From: an uncultured candidatus Porisulfidus sp.
Lineage (GTDB): Bacteria; Pseudomonadota; Gammaproteobacteria; Poriferisulfidales; Poriferisulfidaceae
NCBI GenBank assembly: GCA_965116025.1
Contig: OZ220480.1
Span: 736,001-800,000 of the forward strand
Reading direction: 5' to 3'
DNA: 64,000 nt
The notes beneath the pieces are model-generated. The model was not told the origin of the DNA. It ran no database searches and saw nothing but the letters and a program-made list of their open reading frames with translations. The position numbers were made by a program, and so were the translations under genes. Below are positions 30,785 through 41,832 of this stretch, in pieces (position 1 is the first letter of the stretch; the number at the start of each line of letters is the position of its first letter).

Positions 30785-31621
30785 ATGGCGGTCTTCGCGG
30801 TCGGTGACATCCAGGGGTGTCTGGATGAGCTTCGCTCAGTTCTGAGGCAAGCCGGATTTCGTGCCCGAACGGACACGCTCTGGTGCGTGGGCGACTTGGT
30901 CAATCGAGGTCCGCAATCCTTGGAGACCATGCGCTTCCTGCGCGACTTGGGGGATCGAGCCGTTTGCGCGCTCGGAAACCACGACATCACCTTGCTCGCG
31001 TTGGCGGCGGGGGTCCAGGTGCGCGCCCGGCATCAATTGCGCGACGTGCTGGACGCTCCAGACCGAGACGAGTTAGTTAGTTGGCTACGGTCGCGCCCGG
31101 CGATGCATCACGATCCCGAGCTGGGCTACGCGATGGTGCATGCCGGAGTGTTGCCAGAGTGGTCGCTGGAGCAGGCCCTGGAGCGAGCTGGAGAGCTAGA
31201 GACGTTTCTTCGTGGTGACGGATGGGAGGAAAAAATCCACAAGTTTTACGGCCCCCGGCCGCGCCGCTGGAGAGATTCGCTCACCGGGTTCAAGCGCCTG
31301 CGAATCATCGCCAACGTTCTGACTCGCCTGCGCTATTTGGATGCCGAGGGCCGGATCAATCTGGACTGCAAGCTTTCGCCCGCCAAATGCCCGCGCGGTC
31401 TCACGCCATGGTTCCGGGCGCCTCACCGAGGGACGCGACGGACGAGGATCATCTTCGGACACTGGTCGACGCTGGGGTTCTATTCCGGCAACAACGTTTG
31501 GGGGATCGATACCGGTTGCGTCTGGGGGCGAAAGCTGACCGTCCTTCGGCTTGAGCGTAATGGTCCCGTGCCGGTCCAGATCCTGTGTCAGCGACAGGCC
31601 TTGATTCGCAAGAATTCTTGA
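30785..31621 (+). CDS. apaH: symmetrical bis(5'-nucleosyl)-tetraphosphatase
   Basis: GDIQGC, GDLVNRGPQS, LGNHD, FGHWS, IDTGCVWG. Confidence 0.97.
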   Translation: MAVFAVGDIQGCLDELRSVLRQAGFRARTDTLWCVGDLVNRGPQSLETMRFLRDLGDRAVCALGNHDITLLALAAGVQVRARHQLRDVLDAPDRDELVSWLRSRPAMHHDPELGYAMVHAGVLPEWSLEQALERAGELETFLRGDGWEEKIHKFYGPRPRRWRDSLTGFKRLRIIANVLTRLRYLDAEGRINLDCKLSPAKCPRGLTPWFRAPHRGTRRTRIIFGHWSTLGFYSGNNVWGIDTGCVWGRKLTVLRLERNGPVPVQILCQRQALIRKNS

Positions 31622-32079
31622 TGGCGGAAGGAATAGGCATGCCGGTCGTCCGCCGGGTGAGCCCGCTCTTTTTGCAAAGTAAATTCTGACAGATCCAGTT
31701 CCGGCAGTCGCGCGTCGCCCTGGATCTCGGCATCGACCGTGGTTAGGTAAAGCCGGTCGCAGAGCGGCAGGAAATGGCGGTAGACCTTAACGCCCCCGAC
31801 CACCATCGCCTCGGGGTTTCCGGCGCAGAGGTCCAAGGCGGCTTCCGGGCTTCGCGCCCATTCGCAGTTTCCTGTAGTCGGGCGCCTGGAAATCACGACG
31901 CAACGGCGGCGGGGAAGGTCGCTCGGCAACGATTCCCAAGTCATGCGGCCCATGATCACCGGCTTGTCGAGCGTGATGCGGCGGAAGTTCCTGAGGTCGT
32001 CCGGTAGATGCCAAGGAAGCGAGTTCTCGTGTCCGATGACTCCATTCCGGGAAATCGCGAGAATGGCCGAGAGGATCAT
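31588..32079 (-). CDS. folA: dihydrofolate reductase
   Basis: GVIG..LPWHLPDDL..FRRIT..VIMGRMTWES, VVGG. Confidence 0.95.
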   Translation of the reverse strand: MILSAILAISRNGVIGHENSLPWHLPDDLRNFRRITLDKPVIMGRMTWESLPSDLPRRRCVVISRRPTTGNCEWARSPEAALDLCAGNPEAMVVGGVKVYRHFLPLCDRLYLTTVDAEIQGDARLPELDLSEFTLQKERAHPADDRHAYSFRHQEFLRIKACR

Positions 32080-32873
32080 CAGACCGCGACCGGAGCCGCG
32101 ATGCGCGGGTGGCTTCGGTAGTTATCGAGCTGGACGTCCTCATAGCGGAACTCGAGCAAATTCTTGACCTCCGGGTTCAGCCGCAGGGTTGGCAAGGGAT
32201 ACGGCTCTCGCGCAAGTTGCTCGCGCGCCTGCTCCAGATGGTTCCGGTACAGGTGCGCGTCGCCGAAGGTGTGGACGAACTCCCCGGGCCGCAGGCCGCA
32301 GACTTGCGCCACCATCATGGTCAGGAGCGAGTACGAGGCGATGTTGAACGGCACCCCAAGAAACAGGTCCGCGCTTCGCTGGTAGAGTTGGCAGGAAAGT
32401 TTTTCTTCGGCCACATAGAATTGGAACAGAACGTGGCAGGGCGCCAGCGCCATGCGGTCGAGCTCGGCGACGTTCCACGCGCAAACCAAATGGCGCCGGG
32501 AGTCTGGCCGCATTTTCAGTTGTTCGATCAGAGCGCGGATTTGGTCGTGCTCGCGACCTTCTCGTCCCGGCCAGCTCCGCCACTGGCGTCCGTAGATCGG
32601 GCCCAGCTCGCCCTCCTCGTCGGCCCACTCGTCCCAAATGGTCACTCCGCGCTCGCTTAGCGCGCGCGCGTTGGTCTCACCGCGCAGAAACCACAGCAAC
32701 TCATGGATCACGGACTTGACGTGGATTTTCTTGGTGGTGACCAAGGGGAAGCCCTCAGCTAGGTTGTATCGATTCTGGTATCCGAACACCGAGCGAGTGC
32801 CGACTCCGGTGCGGTCGGGCTTGTCCACGCCGCGTTCCAGCGCGTGGCGCAAGAGATCCAGATAGGGCTTCAT
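32079..32873 (-). CDS. thyA: thymidylate synthase
   Basis: ATG 32873; [35 protein letters not shown]. Confidence 0.98.
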   Translation of the reverse strand: MKPYLDLLRHALERGVDKPDRTGVGTRSVFGYQNRYNLAEGFPLVTTKKIHVKSVIHELLWFLRGETNARALSERGVTIWDEWADEEGELGPIYGRQWRSWPGREGREHDQIRALIEQLKMRPDSRRHLVCAWNVAELDRMALAPCHVLFQFYVAEEKLSCQLYQRSADLFLGVPFNIASYSLLTMMVAQVCGLRPGEFVHTFGDAHLYRNHLEQAREQLAREPYPLPTLRLNPEVKNLLEFRYEDVQLDNYRSHPRIAAPVAV

Positions 32874-33649
32874 GATCGCGCGCTTCGAGCGCGCCAGGCC
32901 ATTATCAGGCCAACCAGGGCCAAGGGGACGCAGAGAATCTGGCCCATGGTCAGCCAACCGAACGCCAGATAACCTAGATGAGCGTCCGGCAGGCGGACGA
33001 ACTCCACCGCGAAGCGGACGAAGGAATAGCCGATAGCGAATGTCGCCGCGACGGCGCCGACAGCTCGGGGTTGGCGAGCGAACCACCAGAGAACCGTGAA
33101 CAGAAGGATGCCTTCCAGCGCGGCCTCGTACAGCTGGCTCGGGTGACGCGGCTCGGGCCCCGCCGCTGGGAAGACGACTCCCCACGGAAGATCGGTGGGC
33201 CGCCCCCAAAGCTCACCATTGATGAAGTTCCCGATTCGACCGAAGAACAGCCCGACGGGCACCATCGGAGCGCAGAAATCGACGGTCGTCAGCCAGCCGA
33301 GATTCGTCTTGCGCCGCCACAGCCAGACCGCGACCAGCGCTCCGATCAGGCCACCGTGAAAACTCATCCCGCCTTCCCAAATGCGCAGGATCATCCAGGG
33401 ATCCGCCAGCAAGCGGTCCGAGTGATAGAAAAGGGCGGAGCCGGCCCGACCGCCGAGGATGGCGCCAAGGGCCCCGTAGAACAGCAGGTCGCCGACCTGC
33501 TCAGGGGCGACTGCGGTGTGCGCCCGGCGGGCGTGGCGGATGCCGAGCGGCCAAAATCCTGAGAATCCGAGCACGTACATCAGGCCGTACCAGTGGATCC
33601 GAACAGGGCCTATCGCGAAGGCGACCGGGTCCCAATCAAGTAGCATCAC
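32870..33649 (-). CDS. lgt: prolipoprotein diacylglyceryl transferase
   Basis: [37 protein letters not shown]. Confidence 0.98.
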   Translation of the reverse strand: MMLLDWDPVAFAIGPVRIHWYGLMYVLGFSGFWPLGIRHARRAHTAVAPEQVGDLLFYGALGAILGGRAGSALFYHSDRLLADPWMILRIWEGGMSFHGGLIGALVAVWLWRRKTNLGWLTTVDFCAPMVPVGLFFGRIGNFINGELWGRPTDLPWGVVFPAAGPEPRHPSQLYEAALEGILLFTVLWWFARQPRAVGAVAATFAIGYSFVRFAVEFVRLPDAHLGYLAFGWLTMGQILCVPLALVGLIMAWRARSARS

Positions 33650-33777
33650 GTCGTCGGCAGTGTTTCGCGCTTGGCTCGGGTTAGTTCACGTGCGGAAACT
33701 CTGGTTCCTATTTTCGATATTCTGTGCCTCGGGCCCACCCGCAAGCCATTCGGTACCGGTCAGAGTCGCTACCAATT

Positions 33778-34467
33778 TCATTTATCGGGCCTGGCCACCC
33801 GCCACGTTCGGCGTGGCTTTTTGGTAGCGACATAGAAGGTGGTACTATCGTCACCTTGTGCTTTGATCGCAGCGATGTCTGGAGGGAGCCACTGGGGCAA
33901 GGCTTCCTCAATCCATCTCCAATCGAATCCGCGCTCGTATGCCTCGTTGTACAGGCTTTCGAACACAAGATCGGCTGTGAGCGGATCATCACACTTGATT
34001 ATGGCTATGGCATCCTGCACGTCGACGATGTGTCCAAAGAATTCACCGGCAATCAGATAGTCAATATCCCCTACGAAATCATGTCTATCGTCTTCGCATT
34101 TCCAATACCAGCGTTTCACATCCTCGCGTTCCCGATACCATAGGCAAGGGTCTCCAAAGTTGGTTTCCTCAAGTGCCTCGGGGGCAGGCTGGTAAAGAGT
34201 AACGGTGTCACTCACAGACCGCTTGGCCTTGGCATCCATGCAGTCGCCGCTTTCCCGCTCAATCTTTTTGCGAACGTCCTGCTCCAGCTGAGTCATCCAG
34301 TAGGACTTCTCCACGGCCTTAACAAAGGCGTTGAGTTTCTCGACATCGGTTTTTGAGGGGTTGAGTTTTGACTCCTCAAGAATCGCCTTGATTGATCTGC
34401 ATCGTGATTTGATACGGTCCAGTTGTTCGCTGGTCGTATAAACCTTCTTTGGTTTTGCGTCAGCCAT
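33778..34467 (-). CDS. hypothetical protein
   Basis: Open ~229-aa ORF from MADAKPKK in a lower-GC island; no motif recognised. Confidence 0.5.
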   Translation of the reverse strand: MADAKPKKVYTTSEQLDRIKSRCRSIKAILEESKLNPSKTDVEKLNAFVKAVEKSYWMTQLEQDVRKKIERESGDCMDAKAKRSVSDTVTLYQPAPEALEETNFGDPCLWYREREDVKRWYWKCEDDRHDFVGDIDYLIAGEFFGHIVDVQDAIAIIKCDDPLTADLVFESLYNEAYERGFDWRWIEEALPQWLPPDIAAIKAQGDDSTTFYVATKKPRRTWRVARPDK

Positions 34468-34539
34468 AAAGTGCAAAAACCCAACGAGGTTGCGCGTGCC
34501 CAAACATGGTTGCTTCTACGGGTGACCGGCAATGTCCTG

Positions 34540-34651
34540 CCAGTGCGAAGTATTCAGCGTAACAATGATCGTAGCCGTGCGTGATCTTCGTGCAACCGGT
34601 CACGGGATTCCAAGTCGCGTTGGCCCACTCGACTGGTGATCTGGAATTCAT
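34540..34651 (-). pseudogene. remnant of a DUF5131 (phage Gp37/Gp68-like) gene
   Basis: VEWANATWNPVTGCTKITHGYDHCYAE matches the DUF5131 N-terminus (WNPVTGCxKxSxGCxxCYAE) with one Cys lost; homology ends after ~35 aa. Confidence 0.75.
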
Positions 34652-34744
34652 AATGACGTTACTCAATCTTGGCGAATTTCCACGATTGATCCGGTTAGGA
34701 TATTCTGCGAACAAGTCAGGGTAGGTGGGTATAGAGATCAGCGT

Positions 34745-36550
34745 TCATTCATCTGCCTCGTTCTCTGTTACAACCTTTTTACCCATCGCGCCTTCAACGA
34801 GCTTGGACAGTGCTCGCATGCGTGTGGCGAAGAATGAGTCAAAGTCGTCGTTGCGTAGATGCTCTGGTTCAATGAGATGGGATCGCAAAATATCGTCCAA
34901 TATCGAGCCATCTACGCCTTTATCCTCAATCTTTTTTAGGTATGCGGAAGGGGACTCCCCGCCAATTGATCTGTTTGTTGTCTTGGACAATGGTGTCTTA
35001 TTGATGATGGAATTGAAGTTTCTTGGCAGGATATTCCGTTTCTCGCACCAGTTCCGTGGAAAGATGTGGTGGATATCGATTTGGTGGTCGAAGAATGAGA
35101 TTATTTCCACGGGTTGGCCGGTCACGAAATCTCGGCAATTACGCATAAGCAGTGCGTGAATGCTCTTGTAGGCGGCCGAGGTGCGGGCACGTAGAGAGTA
35201 AAATCGTTCCTGATTGAAAACTGCCTCATCAAGTGTTCGGGGCTTTGGTCCCTGATCTTGGATCCAGCTGACAAGCTCTGGTACGTCCCTAGCGAGACGT
35301 GTTTCAGTGCTGGATCCATAAAGTTCACCTAGAGCAACCGACCAGAACCAGCGTTCAATTTTTTCGCTCGCGGACGGTGTGTGTGCATCTTGGCCAAGGA
35401 TGGCGAAAGTGGATGCGAGACCGACCGTGAGTGTGTTGTAAGGAACGTCTTTATGCCAAATGATTTTGTGCTCATTCAGGAAGGTGGCCGCATTTTTCAT
35501 TCCATCTTCAACTGCGTCGGCATGTCTTCGGTAGTTGGCGAGCGGGAGGGCCAATAATGCATCGCGATTACAACTGATCCCGGGAAGGTTTTTCTTCTCT
35601 ACACCTTTTGCGGCGCATTCCAACTTGCGTTTTCGTGTGTGTAGTAATGTACAAGCTTGCAGAAAATCGTCACCTTTGATTTTGGTGAGCACGTCACGCG
35701 GGCTGGGATATCCGACGATTCGGTCTCTCCGTCCGGTCGCGGAACTGTCATCCGGACCGTACCAATCACTTCGTAGATCGAAATCGCTGGCGGCGAAGAT
35801 GGCTGTAAGTAAGTCGAATACATCCAGTTGCTTACCGCCCACATTGACTTTCTCGAAGATCAGGCAAATTGCTGCGCGGCTGTTGTCTTGGTCGAGTCGG
35901 ATGAGAGGCATTTGGTACATTTCGATTTTTTTGATTATGTCGTGGAATCCTTCTTCAAGATCAAAAAAACCCTTTCCCTTATCCCGCCAGTATTTCTGCC
36001 ATTCGAAAAACCAATCTCGGTTATCAAAGGATTGGTTCAGGGGAAACATGTTTTCCTCAATTTCACGACTACCTGTTGACAAGTCACACTCAATGTTTCG
36101 CCCGAAATTTTCCCGTGTTTTTCGATCCGTTGGCACACTAATAATCGCATCCTCAATGTCTGCCTCAGCACTTAGTGCTTTTCGGATGTCAAGATAGTAG
36201 AACCGATTTATCTTTTCGCCTCGATGATTTCGCGTTTGAACTGGCTGGCTGGCATACATTGACTGGTAGATAGACGTGATCCGCTGTTGACCGTCTAGTA
36301 GCAGTTCGTCTGGGCTGATCTCGCGAGCAAGAACCACTCCAGCGAGAGGGCGAGGTTTGAATCGAAGTTCACACCCCGCCTCAAGGGTTAGCAATGTTCC
36401 AACAGGAAAGCCTTTGGCGATAGATGCGATAAGGCTACGGATATCCTCATCGCTCCAAACGTAATCTCTTTGAAAGTCCGGAAGTTGAAGGTGACCATCA
36501 TGAACGGCACGTAGAAGATCAACAAGACTTTTCTTCGCGATGTCAAACAT
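34745..36550 (-). CDS. DUF262/DUF1524 GmrSD-like modification-dependent restriction protein
   Basis: ATG 36550; LQLPDFQRDYVW, LLLDGQQRITS, IFEKVNVGG; C-terminal DIHHIFP..N..N HNH-like motif. Confidence 0.88.
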   Translation of the reverse strand: MFDIAKKSLVDLLRAVHDGHLQLPDFQRDYVWSDEDIRSLIASIAKGFPVGTLLTLEAGCELRFKPRPLAGVVLAREISPDELLLDGQQRITSIYQSMYASQPVQTRNHRGEKINRFYYLDIRKALSAEADIEDAIISVPTDRKTRENFGRNIECDLSTGSREIEENMFPLNQSFDNRDWFFEWQKYWRDKGKGFFDLEEGFHDIIKKIEMYQMPLIRLDQDNSRAAICLIFEKVNVGGKQLDVFDLLTAIFAASDFDLRSDWYGPDDSSATGRRDRIVGYPSPRDVLTKIKGDDFLQACTLLHTRKRKLECAAKGVEKKNLPGISCNRDALLALPLANYRRHADAVEDGMKNAATFLNEHKIIWHKDVPYNTLTVGLASTFAILGQDAHTPSASEKIERWFWSVALGELYGSSTETRLARDVPELVSWIQDQGPKPRTLDEAVFNQERFYSLRARTSAAYKSIHALLMRNCRDFVTGQPVEIISFFDHQIDIHHIFPRNWCEKRNILPRNFNSIINKTPLSKTTNRSIGGESPSAYLKKIEDKGVDGSILDDILRSHLIEPEHLRNDDFDSFFATRMRALSKLVEGAMGKKVVTENEADE

Positions 36551-36589
36551 CCTGTATGGCACCTTGCATTCAGGTTTGGGTAGCGAATA

Positions 36590-36622
36590 ATTATACCCCC
36601 CCCCCCCCCCCCCCCTTGTCAA
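36590..36622 (-). promoter_or_regulatory. sigma70 promoter with poly-G spacer: TTGACA-A-G20-TATAAT (21-bp spacer), upstream of the GmrSD-like gene
   Basis: Perfect consensus -35 (36617..36622) and -10 (36590..36595) bracket the C20 run at 36596..36615. Confidence 0.85.
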
Positions 36623-36694
36623 GATGAAGCCTCTTCCCAATGGTGAGCTCGCAAGAGGAGTGTGAGCATATAATTTGTGAGAACGTATTCTCTC

Positions 36695-38713
36695 ATGCCG
36701 AACCGACTCTCCGAATCCTCGAGCCCCTACTTGCGGCAGCATGCCGGCAATCCGGTGGACTGGTATCCGTGGGGCGAGGAGGCGTCGCGCGAAGCGCGCG
36801 AGTCCGGGCGACCGATCCTTCTGTCGATCGGCTACGCCGCCTGCCACTGGTGCCATGTCATGGAGCACGAATCCTTCGAGGACCCAGAGACCGCGGCGTT
36901 GATGAACCGCCTGTACGTCAACATCAAAGTGGACCGCGAGGAGCGGCCGGACCTTGACAAGATCTACCAGACGGCGCAGATGCTGCTGACCCAGCGCGGC
37001 GGTGGTTGGCCGCTGACTTTGTTTCTCACGCCGGACAAGCGGATTCCCTTTTTCGGTGGTACCTACTTTCCGCCGGAGCCCCGCCATGGACTGCCCGCGT
37101 TCCGCCAGATCCTGGAGCAGGTCGCCCAGTGGTACGGAGGGCACGCCGAAGAGCTGGTAGAGCAGAACGAGTCGGTATGCGCCGCGTTGCGAAACATTCA
37201 CCAGCCGCCCCGGGCGGTCGCTTGGCCAGAGAATATCGAGTCGGATCTCATCAAGGAATTGGCGGGGTCGTTCGACGCGCGGGATGGGGGATTCGGCGGC
37301 GCTCCAAAATTCGCGCGACCGGCTCCGGTGCAGTGGCTGCAGTCGAGCGACGACCCCAGGGCTCGGCATATGGCGACGCATACTCTGGCGCGCATGGCCG
37401 AGGGAGGCATCCAGGATCACGTCGGGGGAGGCTTCTACCGATATTCGGTCGACGCTCGCTGGATGATCCCGCACTTCGAGAAGATGCTGTACGATCAAGC
37501 CCTGTTGTTGCCGCTGTACGCCCGGGCTTGGAAAGATGCCGAATCTCCGTCGCTCAAGGCCGCCGCGGAAGGCATCGTCTCGTTCGTCACCCGCGAGCTT
37601 CAGGATGGCGCGGGCGGCTTCTACTCCAGCTTGGACGCCGACTCCGAGGGAGAGGAAGGCAAGTTTTACCTGTGGGCTCCGGAGGAGGTGAAGGCGACGC
37701 TTCCCGAAGAGGACTACCTGGCGTTCGCGTTCCGGTTCGGGCTGGACCGTCCGGCGAACTTCGAGGGACGCTGGCACCTGCACGGGTTTCGCTCTCTACT
37801 GGAGACCGCGGCCCACTTCAAGCGGCCAGTGGAAGAGATCCAGGATATGTTCGAGGCGGATTTTCGGCGCCTGCGCGAGGTTCGCTCGGCCCGCGTCCGG
37901 CCGGGGCTGGACGACAAGATGCTGACCAGCTGGAATGGCCTGATGATCCGGGGCTTGGTCCTCGCGTCTCGCATGCTGGACGAGCCGGATTGGCTCCGCC
38001 ACGCGGAAGCGGCGTTCGACTTCGTTCGGGATCGGCTTTGGGATGGCCAGCGATTGCGCGCGAGCTTCAGCCAGGGGAAGGCGAGCTTGAACGCGTACTT
38101 GGACGACTACGCGTTCATGCTGGAAGCGGCCCTCTTATTGTTGAAGAGCCGATGGAATAGTGAGGATCTCGCGTTCGCGGAACGATTGGCCGAGGTGATC
38201 GCCGATCAGTTCGCGGATCCCGATGGCGGGCTGTTCTTCACGTCGGGCGATCACGAGGAGCTGCTGGTTCGCCCGCGTCTTTTGGCGGACGATGTCACGC
38301 CGTCCGGTTGCTCGGTCGCGTGCGAGGGGCTGACCCGGATTGGGCATCTTCTCGCGCGGGGCGATTGGGTGGACTTGGCGGAACGGACGCTGGCGGGAGC
38401 GCGTGGCGCCGTCGCTCACGCGCCGCAGGAGCACGCCCGCTTCCTGGAGGCCCGGTCCGTGGTGGAACGGCCCCTCCCGCAGATTATTTTGCGCGGGAAA
38501 GAGCCGGAACTGGAGCGCTGGCGAGCCGAGGCCTGGCGCGAAGAGGTCCGGGTGGACTGCTACGCCGTTCCCGAGAACGCGGATCGTCTCCCGACCGCCC
38601 TTCAGGACAAATCCGCGCGAGGCGCGGTGGTGGCCTACGTCTGCGTCGGGCTTTCCTGCGAGGCGCCGATCCGGTCGTTCGAGGCTTTCAGAGAGAGGGT
38701 TCAGGCGTTGTGA
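36695..38713 (+). CDS. thioredoxin domain-containing protein (YyaL/SSP411 family)
   Basis: [57 protein letters not shown]. Confidence 0.95.
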   Translation: MPNRLSESSSPYLRQHAGNPVDWYPWGEEASREARESGRPILLSIGYAACHWCHVMEHESFEDPETAALMNRLYVNIKVDREERPDLDKIYQTAQMLLTQRGGGWPLTLFLTPDKRIPFFGGTYFPPEPRHGLPAFRQILEQVAQWYGGHAEELVEQNESVCAALRNIHQPPRAVAWPENIESDLIKELAGSFDARDGGFGGAPKFARPAPVQWLQSSDDPRARHMATHTLARMAEGGIQDHVGGGFYRYSVDARWMIPHFEKMLYDQALLLPLYARAWKDAESPSLKAAAEGIVSFVTRELQDGAGGFYSSLDADSEGEEGKFYLWAPEEVKATLPEEDYLAFAFRFGLDRPANFEGRWHLHGFRSLLETAAHFKRPVEEIQDMFEADFRRLREVRSARVRPGLDDKMLTSWNGLMIRGLVLASRMLDEPDWLRHAEAAFDFVRDRLWDGQRLRASFSQGKASLNAYLDDYAFMLEAALLLLKSRWNSEDLAFAERLAEVIADQFADPDGGLFFTSGDHEELLVRPRLLADDVTPSGCSVACEGLTRIGHLLARGDWVDLAERTLAGARGAVAHAPQEHARFLEARSVVERPLPQIILRGKEPELERWRAEAWREEVRVDCYAVPENADRLPTALQDKSARGAVVAYVCVGLSCEAPIRSFEAFRERVQAL

Positions 38714-39480
38714 GTCCGATTCGCGGCCTGTGGCGGCTCGCGCGTTTGCTGTACCTCATCGGGTCGGGCATGGTCGAGGGAAGTCAGGAGCATATCCGCG
38801 CGCTGGCCTCCACCCCCTCGTCGGCCGAGGCGCAAGCGAGGAACCAGGACTGGTTCCGGCGCGTTCTCGCTTGCCTGAACGTCCAGGTTTCCGTGCATGG
38901 AAAACTCGCCGACGCGCCGTGTCTGGTGGTTTGCAACCATATCTCATGGTTAGACATCCTGGTGCTGGGCTCTGCCGCGCCGGTCGTGTTCCTGAGCAAG
39001 GTGGAAATCGCCCGGTGGCCGCTGATCTCCCGCTTGGCCCGGGCGGGCGGGACCCTGTTCATCCAGCGCGGAGGAGAGGGAGCCGCGCGCCATAGCATCG
39101 ACGAGATGCGCAAGGCGTTCGCGCGTCGGCAAAGCGTCGCGATTTTTCCCGAGGGAACGACGGGAGAGGGTCGCGTGGCGCTTCCGTTCCACCCTCGGCT
39201 TTTCGCGGCCGCGATCGAGAGCGGAACGCGGGTGCAGCCGGTCGCGTTGCGCTATCCGCACTCGCGGGGCGTGCACCCGAAAGTGCCGTACATAGGCAGG
39301 CAGACGCTGGTCGCCAGCATTCTGGGAATTCTCGGGTGCAGGTCGATTCAGGCGGAAGTGACGCTCGGGCCGCCCATCGATCCCGAGGGACTGGAGCGCC
39401 GCCGTCTCGCGGATCAGGCGCGGGCGTTCGTGGTGGGAGTGTTGGAGCGGGGCCTCGGAGACCCGGAACGAGAGCACTGA
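38710..39480 (+). CDS. lysophospholipid (1-acyl-sn-glycerol-3-phosphate) acyltransferase
   Basis: GTG overlaps the upstream stop; NHISWLD, GTLFIQR, IFPEGTT. Confidence 0.9.
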   Translation: MSPIRGLWRLARLLYLIGSGMVEGSQEHIRALASTPSSAEAQARNQDWFRRVLACLNVQVSVHGKLADAPCLVVCNHISWLDILVLGSAAPVVFLSKVEIARWPLISRLARAGGTLFIQRGGEGAARHSIDEMRKAFARRQSVAIFPEGTTGEGRVALPFHPRLFAAAIESGTRVQPVALRYPHSRGVHPKVPYIGRQTLVASILGILGCRSIQAEVTLGPPIDPEGLERRRLADQARAFVVGVLERGLGDPEREH

Positions 39481-39523
39481 AAGAGGGACCCCTCATAAAC
39501 CCGGAGGGAACGCGGGCGGGGAT

Positions 39524-39790
39524 TCAGGCGCCGAGACTTTTGATGCGCGCGTTCAGGCGGCTTTTCTGGCGGGCCGCCTTGTTGCGGTGGATCAGTCCCC
39601 GGCTCACCGCGCTGTCGATCACGGGGGCGGCCTCCCGGAAGGATTGAAGGGCGCGCTCGCGTTCGCCTTGCTCAATCCACTTGACCACGTTCTTGACGAA
39701 CGTGCGGTAGCGCGACGCCAGCGCCATGTTGGCGGAGCGACGCGAGATCTCCTGACGGGCGCGCTTGCGAGACTGAGCGGAATTGGCCAT
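39524..39790 (-). CDS. rpsT: 30S ribosomal protein S20
   Basis: MANSAQSRKRARQ..GLIHRNKAARQKSRL. Confidence 0.98.
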   Translation of the reverse strand: MANSAQSRKRARQEISRRSANMALASRYRTFVKNVVKWIEQGERERALQSFREAAPVIDSAVSRGLIHRNKAARQKSRLNARIKSLGA

Positions 39791-39956
39791 AGGCGGCGCA
39801 TTATATATGAAACGCTCGACCTCAGTCGCCGAAATCTTGGGGCGAGTCGGAGCGGCTGGATCGACGCGCTCACCGCCCCGGTCGCGAAGGCTTCTGGCTT
39901 GACATAGGAAAACGCGCGGATTAGGATTGCCTTGCTCCCGAGCGGAAACCCGCCCC

Positions 39957-41132
39957 GTGCCCGACTACAAACGCCTCGCTCTGCCGCGTCCCGTTCCGCT
40001 GGAGGAGGGCCTCGACCAAGCGCTGTCGGTCCTGAACGGGATGTTCGACGCCGACGACTTCCATGTCCTTCGAAACGGTGATCGCGTGGATGTCTGGCTT
40101 CGTCAGGTGAATATGGAAGATTTGGCGGCCGCCGTCGCTCGCGTGGAATCCGAACACGGAAACAAGGACGCGATGCGCGGCGTCTTCCAAGCGGTGGAAG
40201 GAGTCCGCAGCTATGGGCTTAACGGCAACAAGCGTTTGTACGTCGGCTACAACAGAGAGAGGAAGGTAGCGAACCGCAAAGCGAAGGTTCTGCGCCGGGG
40301 GAGTCATTTCTACGCGAACGACCACGCGTTCGAGCGTGGCGATAACGCCCTGCCCGCGTCGATGATGGACCGGATCGTTTGCGCCGACAGCGAGACCGCG
40401 CTCCGGGATCTGCCCGACAACTGCGTCGACTTGGTTTTCACTTCTCCGCCCTACAACTTCGGGCTCGGCTACGGCGCTACCCCGGAAGCCGACAGTGACG
40501 CGATCGACTGGGACGCTTATTTCTCCAAACTGTTCGCCGTCTTCGACGAGTGCATCCGGACGCTCAAGTTTGGCGGGCGAATCGTGGTGAACGTCCAGCC
40601 CCTGTTCTCGGATTACATCCCAAGCCATCACGTCATCTCCCAGTTTTTCATGGAGCGCAAATTGATCTGGAAAGGAGAAATCCTGTGGGAGAAGAACAAC
40701 TACAACTGCAAGTACACCGCGTGGGGAAGTTGGAAGAGCCCGTCCAGTCCCTACCTCAAGTATACGTGGGAGTTCGTGGAGATCTTCTGCAAGGGGAGTC
40801 TCAAGAAGTCCGGCGCGTCCGCCGACGCGGACATTGACGCGGATTCTTTCAAGGAATGGGTGAACGCGAAGTGGTCCATCGCTCCGGAACGGCGGATGCG
40901 GGAATATGGACATCCCGCCATGTTCCCGGAGGAGCTGGCGAGAAGAGTGATGCTCTTGTTCAGTTTTCGGGGCGATACCGTGCTGGACCCGTTCAACGGC
41001 GTTGGGACCACCACCGCTGTTGCGGCGCGCCACGGAAGACATTTCCTAGGCATCGATGCCGTGCGGGAATACTGCGACTCGGCGCGAGAACGGTTGGCGA
41101 AAGTGTGTCGGCAAACCCGACTTCATGTCTGA
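39957..41132 (+). CDS. site-specific DNA methyltransferase (N4-C/N6-A, beta-type order) with an N-terminal extension
   Basis: Motif IV FTSPPYN precedes HPAMFPEEL and motif I VLDPFNGVGTT; start is GTG 39957 or TTG 39927. Confidence 0.9.
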   Translation: MPDYKRLALPRPVPLEEGLDQALSVLNGMFDADDFHVLRNGDRVDVWLRQVNMEDLAAAVARVESEHGNKDAMRGVFQAVEGVRSYGLNGNKRLYVGYNRERKVANRKAKVLRRGSHFYANDHAFERGDNALPASMMDRIVCADSETALRDLPDNCVDLVFTSPPYNFGLGYGATPEADSDAIDWDAYFSKLFAVFDECIRTLKFGGRIVVNVQPLFSDYIPSHHVISQFFMERKLIWKGEILWEKNNYNCKYTAWGSWKSPSSPYLKYTWEFVEIFCKGSLKKSGASADADIDADSFKEWVNAKWSIAPERRMREYGHPAMFPEELARRVMLLFSFRGDTVLDPFNGVGTTTAVAARHGRHFLGIDAVREYCDSARERLAKVCRQTRLHV

Positions 41133-41832
41133 TTTTCCAGCGTCGCGTCACGCGATCATTCGATACTACGACATGCTTGTTGGTGGGATCAATGACAAAG
41201 CCATAGCGGAACGGGAACGTGCCTACGGGGGCGTCATCCGTGCTGGAAAAGGCCAGTTGGTGGAATGGATCGCCTCTCACATCATTGGCTTGGCATGGCG
41301 GGAACGAGGCGGCGCTCGGGCCCGGCTCTCGTTTGGCGAAAAGAAGACGTACCTCGTGCCAATCCGGCAGGAGTACGTGGAGCGAATGCCGGAGGACGTA
41401 AGACCATATGTCGCTAATCGCACCGACAAATACGCGTATCGCGCTCAAGTAGATGTTCACGCCTTCATTGATGGCGAATTCGCGCTTGGAATGGAATGCA
41501 AGGCGTACACCGAGAACGCGATGCTCAAGCGCATACTTGTTGATTTTCAGTTATTGAAGTCGATCCGCCCTCATCTTATCTGTTGTCTGTTGCAGTTGGA
41601 AAGTCAGTTGGGAGGCGGCTATTCGAATCCATTGGCGGCCCCGCAAATGGGAAGCCCACGTAGCCATGCGTTGATGTCTTACTTCCCGGAAGTCGACTTG
41701 AACGTTCTCACCCTGCTTGAGGGAGAGCGGCGGATCAATCAACCTATCCACATTCCCAATTACTTTAAAGAACTCCGTCCAGAATGTCTGGATCACGCCA
41801 TCAACCAGGTTGGCGACTTGCTCGCGACTTAG
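41125..41832 (+). CDS. putative type II restriction endonuclease (PD-(D/E)xK)
   Basis: Overlaps the MTase stop; QVDVH..GMECKAY motif. Confidence 0.65.
   Translation: MSDFPASRHAIIRYYDMLVGGINDKAIAERERAYGGVIRAGKGQLVEWIASHIIGLAWRERGGARARLSFGEKKTYLVPIRQEYVERMPEDVRPYVANRTDKYAYRAQVDVHAFIDGEFALGMECKAYTENAMLKRILVDFQLLKSIRPHLICCLLQLESQLGGGYSNPLAAPQMGSPRSHALMSYFPEVDLNVLTLLEGERRINQPIHIPNYFKELRPECLDHAINQVGDLLAT

Noticed and set aside
36551-37783. 1012-aa ORF-track call extending the DUF262 gene upstream through the poly-G
   Set aside because: The extension is the antisense shadow of the YyaL-family gene, and the G-run is bracketed by promoter boxes. The real start is ATG 36550.
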